From: a virus
Taxonomy: Duplodnaviria > Caudoviricetes
IMG/VR virus record: IMGVR_UViG_3300033066_002392
Location: 5,121 to 69,120 of that record
Direction: 5' to 3' (one strand)
Length of the DNA stretch: 64,000 nucleotides
A program made the position numbers and the translations under genes. How positions within the stretch are numbered: the stretch's first letter is position 1; each line of letters starts with the position of its first letter. Below the pieces are notes generated by a model. It had not been told where the DNA came from, ran no database searches, and saw only the letters and a list, made by a program, of their open reading frames with translations. This document shows, one piece after another, positions 37,880 through 47,884 of this stretch.

Positions 37880-38845
37880 TCAGATGAGCTGCGGGATGAG
37901 CGTGTACGGCAGCGTGGTGAGCACCAGGTCGCCCGCCCCCGCCCGCACCACGTTGTCCTTGCCCGCCAGGATGAACACGATGTCCTGGCTCCCCGCCGCC
38001 GGGTTGGTGCTGACGTCGTTCGTCTGGGCCCTGGCGGTGAGGCTGTCGTTGCCGCCGGAGCCCTTCAGGATGGAGTAGGCGCCCGTCCCGCCCACCAGCC
38101 TGTCGTTGCCCGCGGCCCCGTAGGCGGCCTCCGGGATGCTGGTGGAGTTGAGGTACGTGTCGTTCCCGCTGCCCCCGAAGTAGGCGATCACCTTCACCCC
38201 CGTGAAGGACGCGGACTGCGGCCCGGCGCCGAAGTCGTAGTTGACGGTCACCTTGCTGCCAAGCTGCGTGACGACGGTGTTGCTGCCCGCGTTGCCGGGG
38301 GCGATGTACAGGGTGCCCGCGTCGTCGGCCGTGGGCGAGGCCAGCGCCACCGCCCCACTCCCCGGCGTCAACCCCGGGCCGAAGAACCGGGCCACGGTGT
38401 CGGCGACGTCTTTCGTGACGAAGGCGCCGGCGTTGGTGAACACGGCGTCGGCCTCGGCGGGGCTATTCGGCCCCTGCCCCTGGACGTTGATGACGTTGCT
38501 GCCCAGCAGGGCGTAGACCTTGTCAGCGCCGTTGCCGGCGTCGATGAGGTTGCTGCCCGTGCCGCCGAAGATGGTGTCGTTGCCCCCGTTGCCGAGGAGC
38601 GTGGCGCTCGCCGGGACGTTCACCTCGATGACGTCGCGGCCCTCACTCCCGGAGATGACTACGTCCGTCACCGGGCCGGTGAGCGGGACGGTGCCGTCGC
38701 TGGTGACGACGGCGCTCTGCTGCACACTGACGTAGCCCGGCGCCGTCCCCGTCATCGTGACCAGCAGCGCGGTGCCCGCCTGCAGGACGCTCACGGTCGG
38801 GACTTCTCGCGACTCCAGCAATTCAAGACTCGGCATCTCAAGCAT
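37880..38845 (-). CDS. Secreted RTX/hemolysin-type calcium-binding repeat protein with LEPR-XLL-like N-terminus
   Basis: LELLESREVP; GNGGNDTI, GGSGNDTY, GAAGNDRL, GSGGNDSL. Confidence 0.8.
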   Translation of the reverse strand: MLEMPSLELLESREVPTVSVLQAGTALLVTMTGTAPGYVSVQQSAVVTSDGTVPLTGPVTDVVISGSEGRDVIEVNVPASATLLGNGGNDTIFGGTGSNLIDAGNGADKVYALLGSNVINVQGQGPNSPAEADAVFTNAGAFVTKDVADTVARFFGPGLTPGSGAVALASPTADDAGTLYIAPGNAGSNTVVTQLGSKVTVNYDFGAGPQSASFTGVKVIAYFGGSGNDTYLNSTSIPEAAYGAAGNDRLVGGTGAYSILKGSGGNDSLTARAQTNDVSTNPAAGSQDIVFILAGKDNVVRAGAGDLVLTTLPYTLIPQLI

Positions 38846-39509
38846 TCCCCTAGTCGGGCGACTTTTGTCAGAACAGCTCCTCCGCCGGCCCGTCGTACCA
38901 CGACTGGGGCGGGGGGTACTTCTTGGCCAGCTCCGCCAGCTTCTCCTCCCTCAGCGGGTGCGTGCGGACGGCGTACTCGAGTAGCATCTCCCGGTGGCCC
39001 TCCAGCGCCTCCCCGCGGGTGCGGTACTGCCGTCGCTCCCCGGCCAGGGGCCCGTCGAGCCACATCGACTCGAAGACCACCGGGCCGCCCTCCCGCCCCA
39101 GCGACTGGTCCACGAAGGTGAACACCGTCGAGAGGAGGACGCCGGGGGAGGGTTCGTCGAGGGCGACCACGCGCAGCGGGTGGTCACTCTCCATCTGCCG
39201 GTTGACCACTTCCCCGGACGCCGGGGTGGGCTCCCCGGCGTCGTCCAGTGCGTACCACATCGACTCACCCCTCTTCCCAGGTGTGCATGAACTTGAGGCT
39301 GTGGATGTCCACCTGGATGCGGAGGTCCCTGCCGACCGCGTCCTCCATCGTGTCCACGTACACGTAGGCCGCGGCCTCACACTCCACCTTCGCCTTGTCG
39401 GCCATCCCGGTGTCGTCATACACCCAACCCAGCACCCGCACTTGCGTGCCGGCCGGGACGAAGTCGTGGTCCTCGGTGACGATGGGCCTGGTCGTCTTGC
39501 AGTACAGCC

Positions 39510-40016
39510 TCACTGATTACCCCTCCAGGTGATTTTCTTTTGCCTTCGCGGCGGCAGGTGCTCCGGCGGGAACAGGATGAGCCGCGAGGTGTGTGGCGGG
39601 TTGTGGGCGGAGTCGAGAACCCAGGCGTCCACCGTCCTCATAGCCCTCGCGATTTCCGAAAAAGCGTCTCGCAGGTGAGACACTTCCCCGTAGGGCTCAG
39701 AGACGAAGCACTCCAGGCCCAGTACCACGGCACTGCCGTGGTGGTCGATGACACTCCACCTGTCGCCGACGGCCTGGCGGATCTCGTTGAGTATTTCCCA
39801 GTTGTTCCTCGCCCCGGGGTGCCCGGTGGTGGACCTGTACGTCCTCTGCCAGGCAATCCTGAGCCACGGCGGCATGCGCTCCGGATTGACGGGCGAGGCC
39901 GGGCCGAGCTCCGCCAGCCGGTCGGCGAGTGCCATCCGGCTGGCGAGGTCCTTGGCGTCGCGGCGGGCCGCGGCGAGCATGGCGAGGGCAACCGCGTCTG
40001 CGACGGCGTGTGACAC
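39510..40016 (-). CDS. TIGR02996-like N-terminal domain protein
   Basis: DAKDLASRMALADRLAELG. Confidence 0.55.
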   Translation of the reverse strand: MSHAVADAVALAMLAAARRDAKDLASRMALADRLAELGPASPVNPERMPPWLRIAWQRTYRSTTGHPGARNNWEILNEIRQAVGDRWSVIDHHGSAVVLGLECFVSEPYGEVSHLRDAFSEIARAMRTVDAWVLDSAHNPPHTSRLILFPPEHLPPRRQKKITWRGNQ

Positions 40017-40020
40017 TGTG

Positions 40021-41253
40021 CTACTCCACGAAGAGGGTTTCGCCGAACGGGGGTTTGGCGTTGTCGTTGCCGACGACGGCCCACAGCACCGGGTACTCCG
40101 GGTGCACGTCCGGCAGCGTCGTGTACAGGTCGGTGAGGCAGACGAGGCACGCCAGGTCCTGGGCGTTCTTGTTGACCCAGTCGAACGCCGGCCGGTGGTC
40201 CGTGCCGCCGCCGCCCTTGGGCACCATCTTCAGCGGGCCGTCCGTCGACTTCCACGTCTGCGTCCCCGCCACCTCGGAGTCGTGGTAGACGATGGTGAGC
40301 TGGCAGTCGTAGGCGGTGAGGATGCCCTCCAGCTCGCTGGCGAAGCGGCTCAGCACCGGCCCGCTGATGCTCCCCGAGGTGTCGACGAACGCCACCACGT
40401 GGCCCAACTCCTCGCTCCGCAGGCCCGGGAAGTACCAGCCCTGGCTGACGAATCGTCTATTAGGGCGGGACCACGAGAAGTCATTGCGGGACACCCGGTT
40501 GACGAAGCGCTTGAGCACGTCGGCCCAGCACACCTTGGGGGCGAAGAGCTCGGCCACGAGGCGGTCGAGGCCCCCCGGCAGCGTGCCCTGGCGCTTGGCG
40601 ACCTGGTGGGCCTGGGCCACCTGGACGTCCATCTCGCGGGACGCCGCCTCGAAGTCCCCCTTCCCGTGGCAGCCCGGGGCGTCCAGCACGCCGCCGCAGC
40701 CGCCCGGGTCTCCCGCCCCGCCGGGGCCTCCCATCGGAATCTTGATGGCGTCCTCGAGGATCTTCGCGTAGTACCACTCGGCGTGCTTGCCCTCGGGCAG
40801 GTTCTTGAAGGGCCCCTCGCCGGGGTAGAGGGCGCACTTGGGCAGCTTGACGCCGCACTCCTTCAGTGCGTGATTCACGGCCAAGTCACAACTGACGTTC
40901 CAGATCATCGGGTCGCGGTTCTCGCGGCGGCAGTGGTGCTTGAGGGCGTTGTGCATCACCTCGTGCGCCAGCACGCCGTAGGTTTCTTCCCGGGTGAGCG
41001 AGGTCGTGAACTCCGGGTTGACGAAGAGGTGGACCCCGTCCACCGCCATCGTCGGCACCCGGTCGGTGATGCGCACCTGCATCCGCATAGCCAGCGTGGC
41101 GAAGAATACCGTCTGCGTCTTGGTGGCCAGCACCAGGTCGCTGCGGGCCACGCTGATCGCCCGCTCGGCCCTCGCCACCAGGGCGGGGTCGGCCTTCGTC
41201 TCCCTCGACTCTTCCTTCTCAGTCGCAACGACCATCGGCGTCTCCTTCGACAT
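40021..41253 (-). CDS. DUF2201-type metallopeptidase (HExxH) plus VWA-like domain
   Basis: TMAVDG, LAHEVMH, WNVSCDLAVN, VDTSGSI, GGGGTD, LTDLY. Confidence 0.85.
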   Translation of the reverse strand: MSKETPMVVATEKEESRETKADPALVARAERAISVARSDLVLATKTQTVFFATLAMRMQVRITDRVPTMAVDGVHLFVNPEFTTSLTREETYGVLAHEVMHNALKHHCRRENRDPMIWNVSCDLAVNHALKECGVKLPKCALYPGEGPFKNLPEGKHAEWYYAKILEDAIKIPMGGPGGAGDPGGCGGVLDAPGCHGKGDFEAASREMDVQVAQAHQVAKRQGTLPGGLDRLVAELFAPKVCWADVLKRFVNRVSRNDFSWSRPNRRFVSQGWYFPGLRSEELGHVVAFVDTSGSISGPVLSRFASELEGILTAYDCQLTIVYHDSEVAGTQTWKSTDGPLKMVPKGGGGTDHRPAFDWVNKNAQDLACLVCLTDLYTTLPDVHPEYPVLWAVVGNDNAKPPFGETLFVE

Positions 41254-42023
41254 CCCCGATCCCCCTTTGATTCCTCACCGCCCGGCGCAACTCGTCGTAC
41301 CCGTAGGGCCGGAAGGCAACCCTGTGACCCTTCAGCCTGTTCAGCAGGATGAAGTCCGTTGTCTTCGACACCAGCGGCCGCTCCATTGCCTCGTACAGCA
41401 GTTCCACCGATTTCACCGGGTCGGGGACTCCCACCCAGCCCAGCACGTCCAGGGCCGTCTGTACGAAGTAGGGCGCCCACCGGTTGTCCTTCTGGGTGGA
41501 GACGGTGCCCAGCGAGCGCAGGCCGTGGAGTATCGTGACCGAGAACTCGCGGCGGCCCTCGGCACCCATCACCTTCCACTCGCCGTGTCGGATCGTCGGC
41601 ACCGCATCACCTCCCCCATCTCCCCGATCCGCCTCAGGGCATATTCCCTCTGCCAGCTATGGAACCAACTCTTCTGCTTCGTGCACACACCGGACAGTCG
41701 CTCTACGAGCAGCCCTCGCGTGGCCTCTTCCACCTCCGCCTCCTCCCCCGGCGTGAATAGCCTGGAGAGCACGTACTGTCGCTTGCGGGGCGACACGCCG
41801 AGGGCGTCGAAGGCCCGGTACAACCACCGCAAGACTTCCGTGACGTCGTACTGACTGCCGAAGTCGTACCTCTTACCGTCGATGCGGATTAGCAGCCTTC
41901 GGCGCAACTCACTGACTGTGAATTCTATCCTCCCCATACAAGACGCCGTACGTATCTTGTTGCCGTTACAATCCAGGCGGAAGGGCGTATCCACCTGGAC
42001 CGGCTTCTTCCGCGGGTACGGCC

Positions 42024-42854
42024 TCAGGCACTCCCCACCGCCTGGAACCTGCCGGAGACGAGTGCCGTCTCCAGCTTCGCCAGCGACCCCCTCAGCGAGT
42101 CCAGGGAGCTGTGGATGTACCGCTCGTAGTTCTCCACCTGCTTCGCCAGGCATGCGGCCCTCTCCACGCGCTTCCTGAGGGCCTTCTCCCCGAGCCCGCC
42201 GGAGACGACCTGCTCGTAGATGCCCTCGACCTCGCGGCCGACGTCCTCCACCACGGCGTCCCGCACCGCCCGCATGGCGCCCTCGTCCATGCGGTGCTTG
42301 ATGACGTACACCACGTTCCTTCCGCCGCTGGCCCGCACCACCGCCCTGGCCATACTCCGCCAGGTGGGCATGGCGTCCCGTGGAAGCCAGTAGACGCCGC
42401 CGCTCTTGCGGAGGGCGACGCCGCCGAGCTTGTACACCAGCGAGGTGAGCGCCATCCCCAGCTTGGACGCCGGGGTGGTGGCCCGGATCTCGGCGAGGTT
42501 GGCGTCCCAGCCTGCAGGCTTCATGCCCTCGGGGTGGAAGGAGGTGCTCCCGTCGTCCGCCACCTTCACGGCCAGCCGCTGGTGGTAGGCGTTCTCGTCC
42601 ACCCCCCGGCGTTCCACCACCAGGGAGAACCCGTCCCGCGCGGCCAGCGGCCGCACCAGGCACTCCACCCCCTCGTACAGCCGCGAGAGGGCCTTCTGCA
42701 CGCACCACTCCGGGGTGGGCTCCCGGGGGCAGAAGTCCCCGAGGCCCGAGGACTTCAGCTCTTCGAGCAGGGCCGCCCGGGGGGTGCCCGCGCCGGACAG
42801 TGTCCAGTACGTGACTCCCCCGTCGAACCCCGCGACCGCCTGCGTGATTGCCAT
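42024..42854 (-). CDS. DUF3150/DUF6744-like protein associated with the AAA-VWA pair
   Basis: GGVALRKSGGVYWLP; coiled-coil C-terminus; adjacent to the AAA gene. Confidence 0.5.
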   Translation of the reverse strand: MAITQAVAGFDGGVTYWTLSGAGTPRAALLEELKSSGLGDFCPREPTPEWCVQKALSRLYEGVECLVRPLAARDGFSLVVERRGVDENAYHQRLAVKVADDGSTSFHPEGMKPAGWDANLAEIRATTPASKLGMALTSLVYKLGGVALRKSGGVYWLPRDAMPTWRSMARAVVRASGGRNVVYVIKHRMDEGAMRAVRDAVVEDVGREVEGIYEQVVSGGLGEKALRKRVERAACLAKQVENYERYIHSSLDSLRGSLAKLETALVSGRFQAVGSA

Positions 42855-42870
42855 TCGCCCGTAGCCCCTT

Positions 42871-43902
42871 TCACAGCAGGTCGTTCTTGTGGGCGTGCAT
42901 CCACTTGGTGACGGGCTCGGCCCGGTAAAATTTGTTGTTGGCGAGGCCGGCGTCCTTCACCGTCAGCGTTGCAAACTCCAGCGGCATGCGGGCGACGTAC
43001 TCGCCGATCGCCTCCAGCACCTTGGCCTCCGTGGCCTTGTCGTCGGCCGCCATGCGGGCCCGGTCGACGAGCGCGCCGCTGAGGGCGTACTGGACGCTGG
43101 CGTCCTTGTACAGCTTGTGCGTCTTCGGCGACCGCAGCACCTCGGCCATGTCGGGCAGCTCCTCCGCCAGCTTCAGGTGGGCGATGAACTCCGCCGCCGC
43201 CCCGTGGCCGATGGTGCCGCCGATGACGGGCAGCCGCAGGTTCACCGGCAGGTCGCCGATGATGTTGCTGACGAACTCCCACGACCTGGGCGTCGGGAAA
43301 GCGCGGTCGGCGCTGTTGGCGTCGAAGCAGTGCAGCTTCGCCGGGCAGAAGCGGAGGAAGCTCCGCACGCCGTGGTGGATGCCGCGGCCGATCGCCCACT
43401 CGTTCCAGTCGTCGCTGTGGACGTCCAGGTCCAGGTGGACGAAGCGGTTGAGCAGGGGGCTGATGAGGCGGTGCGCCCCGGCCCGGTCCTCCTGGCGGTT
43501 GCTGGCCGCCACCCACGTCCACGACGGGTCCAGCTCGGCCTCGCCGATGCGGTGGTCCAGGACGCCCTGCAGGAAGCTCGCCTGCACCAGGGGCGCCGCC
43601 TGCGCCAGCTCGTCGGCGAAGATGATGCCGGGCTCGCTGACCTTGCCCTTCAGGGGCAGGAAGGCCGGCGGGCACCACTCGGCCACCTTCTCGCCGCGCT
43701 TGGTGCCGCTGACGGTGGGCAGGCCCCGCAGGTCCACGGGGTCCATCAGCACGGCGCGCAGGTCCAGCACCTTCAGGCCCAGCTTCTTGGCCGCGGCGTG
43801 CACGTTCGCGGACTTGCCCACGCCCGGCGGGCCCCAGATGTAGGCCGGCTGGTGGGCCTTGATGAGGGTCTCCAGTGCCGCGCTGACTTCGGCGGGTCGC
43901 AT
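42871..43902 (-). CDS. MoxR-like AAA+ ATPase
   Basis: IWGPPGVGKS, DPVDLRGLP, IFADEL, AASNR, LLNRFVH, FPTPRSWE. Confidence 0.88.
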   Translation of the reverse strand: MRPAEVSAALETLIKAHQPAYIWGPPGVGKSANVHAAAKKLGLKVLDLRAVLMDPVDLRGLPTVSGTKRGEKVAEWCPPAFLPLKGKVSEPGIIFADELAQAAPLVQASFLQGVLDHRIGEAELDPSWTWVAASNRQEDRAGAHRLISPLLNRFVHLDLDVHSDDWNEWAIGRGIHHGVRSFLRFCPAKLHCFDANSADRAFPTPRSWEFVSNIIGDLPVNLRLPVIGGTIGHGAAAEFIAHLKLAEELPDMAEVLRSPKTHKLYKDASVQYALSGALVDRARMAADDKATEAKVLEAIGEYVARMPLEFATLTVKDAGLANNKFYRAEPVTKWMHAHKNDLL

Positions 43903-44333
43903 TCTCTACTTCTCCTTGCTTCGGTTACTCGTTCCTTGCCGCTCTGCCTGACGCCTGCCGCCCGGGTCTCAGTTGGTGAGGATCCCGCGGGCCCTGAGTC
44001 TCGCCACCTGCCTGCTGCCGGGCGTGCCCGGCGGCATCACGAAGTTGGGCCCGAGTGGCGCGAAGTCCTCCTCGGGGTTCTGGCAGGGGCACGGCGAACC
44101 CGGCCCCTTGCGCGTCATCCTCCCCACCAGGGGGTGCCTGCACAGCGGGCACCTCGGCTGGTCCAGGCTGCCGAAGGGCGACAGCTCCGGCGGCCCCCTG
44201 TCGGCCCGCGCCGACTTCGCCGCGTCGGGGGCCTTCTTCTTCTTCTTCCCCACCCCGGCGTCCTCTTCCGAATCCGAATGTTGCATCTTCCTCACCGTCC
44301 GTTCCGTCGTCGGTACTCTCCCCGGCTCAGTTG

Positions 44334-44372
44334 AATATGATAGTATGTTATCCTATCTTATACCCGAGTCAA
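44334..44372 (-). promoter_or_regulatory. Operator-like imperfect palindrome overlapping a leftward promoter
   Basis: ATATGATAGTAT-GTT-ATCCTATCTTAT (44335-44361) resembles the 50521 palindrome; TTGACT on the minus strand at 44372-44367. Confidence 0.6.
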
Positions 44373-44382
44373 CGGCAGTTAC

Positions 44383-44412
44383 AAAAAAAGCCGGGGTCGT
44401 CGTCCCCCGGCT
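44383..44412 (-). terminator. Rho-independent terminator (minus strand)
   Basis: AGCCGGGG/CCCCGGCT stem with an A7 tract on its left. Confidence 0.75.
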
Positions 44413-44672
44413 CACCCCACCCCCTCGTCGCCCGCCCGTGGCTCACTTACGCGACGCCCAGCACCCCCCTGGCGTCGGCCAGGAACTTCTCCGGCGACCA
44501 CGCGGAGAACTCCGCCCTGCCGCCGGCGGGTTCGAGGAAGTTCACCGCGTGGTCGTGGGCCGACTGCAGCGCCCGGTAGTCGGCGGGCGTCATGCCTTCC
44601 ACCTCCTCCACGACGCCGGGGAGGGACTCCATCAGCCTGTCGACCCGGCTGTTCTCCATCTCCAGGAGGTAC

Positions 44673-44762
44673 TTGTCGTCGGGGATGAGGAGGCCGATGG
44701 CGCACCTCGTCCCGTTGTCGTCGGGGATGAGGAGGCCGATGGCGCACCTCGTCCCGTTGTCG
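44673..44762. repeat. Exact 42-bp tandem duplication inside ORF 44447-44860 (-)
   Basis: TTGTCGTCGGGGATGAGGAGGCCGATGGCGCACCTCGTCCCG occurs twice; encodes DNGTRCAIGLLIPD twice. Confidence 0.9.
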
Positions 44763-45846
44763 CCGCGGTAGAGGCAGCGCCGGTGGCCGCCGCGCCTGGC
44801 GGGGACCACCCCGTCCCTGACCGCCGCCTCGAGTCTCTGGTAGCATTCCGTCTTCGTCACCCCGCACCCCTTTCTTCTCGCGGCTACTGCCTGTTGCTCA
44901 CTTTCAGTCCGTGGGGAACCCGATGCACCCGTCGTTGAAGTTGCGCGGCCCCACCATCTCGCGCAGCTGCTCCAGCCTCAGCCTCACCATGTACTGCCGG
45001 TACGAGTCGTCACCGACCGTGCTCTCGCTGAAGTCCCAGGCGTCCTTGAGGAGGTCCGCCATGCGGGCCAGCCAGTCGTAGTCGTTCGCCGCCTCCGCGT
45101 GCTCCTCGTGGAGGTGCCCCCCGACGGAGGCCTGCCTGGAGTACCACCCCGCGCGCTCCCGGTAGTGCTCCAGCAGGTCCTCGGCGAACTGCCGGTTGTG
45201 GAACCTGTGCAGGTCGGCGTACATCGGCCACGACGGGTCCGCCGGCGGCCTCGTGTCGAGCGCGTAGCCCACCGCCCTGGGCGGCTTCGGAAGTGGCGCC
45301 GGGGCCGAGTGGAGCACGCCGGGGAGGGAAGAAAAGGAGAGGGCGAGGAGCAGGAACTTTCTCAAGGCGCGATTCCCTACTAGGCCGTGGTGACGGTGAC
45401 CGACTTGAAGCGGATGGTGACCTCGCCCCTGTCGGTGAGGATGCGGTGAAGGTACCAGTCGGACTCCCCGCGGGCCCCGGGCGAGGGGGCGTGCCGCAGC
45501 GCCTCCACCTCGTCGTAGAGCCAGTGGGTGCCTACCAGACTCACCGGCTCGACGTAGTGGGCGTTGGCGTAGACGATCTCGCGACGTAGGCCGCGCTGCT
45601 CCAGCTTCACGATGAGCATGCCCACGGAGTTCGGCGACCCGTCCCGCGAGAACCGGCTCATCGCCCGGACGTAGTCGTCGTGGAAGCAGTAGTCCCTGGC
45701 GAGGCTCAGAACGTCCGGGGGCAGCGCCATGGCGTCGACCGCCGCGCGGTACGCCTCTGATGCCTTTTCCCACTCGGCGTCCGCCGCGTCGGCAACGTCG
45801 TCATCCGCCGAGCGGAACCTGTCCAGCAACTCCTGCGTGAAGTACC

Positions 45847-46942
45847 TCATGACTCCCCCCTCGGCCAGACGAGCGTGTACATCCCCGACTCGGCGTCCAG
45901 TGACACCGAGAACCCCTCTTCGCCAGCCGCCCGCGCCTCAGTTCCCTCCCCCGGCGTCCCCATCTCGTAGAGCCGCCTCAAGAGTTCCTGGGGCAGCAGC
46001 GGGTAGTGGGAGTCGTCGAAGAGTATCTCGGCGCCGCTCTCGCCCACCCGGGCCGCCTCGCAGGCCCGCTGGGCGGCGTCGGCCGGGAAGACGTCCTCGA
46101 AGCCCTCCCCCCGCACCCTGACGGCCTCGCCCCAGAGAATTGATTCGGCGGGGCCGCCGAGGCTGTAGTTGACCTCGGGGGTGGAGTAGTCGAAGTCTGG
46201 GTCGAACCGATCGGCCTGCGACGCCTTGATGCGCTGCAGGCGGGCCTGCCTCTTCTTCCCCATCGACTCCAGGGCGTCGGCCAGTTGCAGTCTGGCGGCG
46301 ACGTCCCTGGGGTTTTCGCGGAGTAGCTTCCGCAAGTCGCGGAGGCGGTCGGCCCGGTCGTAGATGGCGATGCGAGGCTTCCTCATCGGCGGCATGCTAG
46401 GCTCCCGAGACGCTAGACTCCAAGACGCCGGAGCGGGCCTTCAGTTCCTCGCTCACTCTCTTCCACACTGCTACATCCTGGGCGTACTGGTAATCCCTGG
46501 GGTCCCGCTTGCGGCCCGGGATGTTGGGGTCGTACTCCACCAGGGACGGCACCGTGGCCGGGTCAACGACCGTGCCGCTGTCCCTTTCCCCGGGGCCGTA
46601 GCAGGAGCAGTGGCCCAGGTCCACCTCGCGCAGCTTCCCGTCGCGGCCCATGCTGACGGCCAGGCCGCTGCCGTCGTAGCCGCCGGCCTCGTACCAGTAC
46701 ACAACCCAGGCGCAGTCCTTGAACTCGGAGTCGCCGATCGAGTCGGGGCCGACGTCGATCATCTCCGGCACGCCCAGCTTCTCGTGAACGAACCGCTGGC
46801 TCCAGTCGCCCCGCACCAGCAGCGCGTCGGCTTCCCTGCCCTGCTCCTCCAGCCAGTCGGCCAGTGCGAACCTGGCCAACTCGTCATCCGGCCTGGAGAT
46901 GATTCTGTCGCAGAGAGCCTTCTCGATCCCCGTCATCGTCAC
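45847..46942 (-). CDS. Two adjacent TIGR02996-like proteins (45847-46395 and 46397-46942)
   Basis: ENPRDVAARLQLADALE and RPDDELARFALADWLEEQG. Confidence 0.65.
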
Positions 46943-47336
46943 CCCCCACGCCGGGGAGGGAGGAGAGGTTGCGCCGGATCTCGGCCGACAGCTCCCGCCT
47001 CATCTCATCCCTCGGCGTCTCGTCGAACCAGTTCAAGAAGAAACGACAGCCGGCCGGCTCGTCGATCTTGCAGTCCACCTCGTAGGCCATCGTGGCAAAG
47101 AATGTCTCAATCTCGCCTACTGTCTCGAGGCCCTGCTTCCACCCCATGTAGCCGAAGGCGCAGCACGCCTCCACTGGCCAGTCCGCCACGCACTGCAGGG
47201 GCGGCGGCTGCGACGTGGCGCCCTGGATGAGAGTCTGGTCGTCCGACTCCAGGGCCGCCAGCAACACCTCCAGGTTCTCTTTTGTCAGGAGAGGCAGTAC
47301 CCCCTCACGCCACACCTTCCTCCAGGCCTCCATCAC
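46884..47336 (-). CDS. Conserved planctomycete-type hypothetical protein
   Basis: WRKVWREG..QGAT..PPPL..DWPVE..C..FLNWFDETPRDEMRREL; family assignment recalled, not searched. Confidence 0.6.
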   Translation of the reverse strand: MMEAWRKVWREGVLPLLTKENLEVLLAALESDDQTLIQGATSQPPPLQCVADWPVEACCAFGYMGWKQGLETVGEIETFFATMAYEVDCKIDEPAGCRFFLNWFDETPRDEMRRELSAEIRRNLSSLPGVGGDDDGDREGSLRQNHLQAG

Positions 47337-47486
47337 TCGCGCTCCTTCCGCAGGTGCCAGTCGAGTTCGACCGCGGCTTCCCGGTAGGCCGCGATCAAGG
47401 CCCTGATGCGGTCGGCCGTGAGGTGGTCCGGCGGGAAGGCGTGCCCCTCGTCTGCCAAAAACTTCTCCAGCCCCTCGATGGCCTGC

Positions 47487-47861
47487 TCAATCGACTCGCG
47501 ACCCTCTCTCGTCTCCACCCGGCACCTCCGTCGTCGTGTGTCTGGTTACCGTCGACGCCTCCTGCCCGGTCTTCATTTCTCCCCCGGCGTCCACCCCGAG
47601 GAGCTTGGCCATGCTCCTGGCATGCTTACAGCGGTTCCAGCTCGCGAAGCCCACACAACTGCAGGTGAGCGGCGCCCCGTCGCCGTCCTGCCGCACGATG
47701 TAAGGCTTCTCCCTCGCCTCGCCTCCCACCTTCCTCAGCCGCCACGCCCTGCACCGGCCGGTGGGTGGGAGGGGGACGAGGCTGTAGGTGACGGAGGTGC
47801 CGCCCTTCCTCACCGTCAGCTCAACCCGGAAGGTGTCCTGCGTCGCCACTACTGTATTCAT
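47487..47861 (-). CDS. SWIM zinc-finger protein
   Basis: CSCVGF...CKH. Confidence 0.7.
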   Translation of the reverse strand: MNTVVATQDTFRVELTVRKGGTSVTYSLVPLPPTGRCRAWRLRKVGGEAREKPYIVRQDGDGAPLTCSCVGFASWNRCKHARSMAKLLGVDAGGEMKTGQEASTVTRHTTTEVPGGDERGSRVD

Positions 47862-47884
47862 AGTATACTATCCTATGTGCGGTT

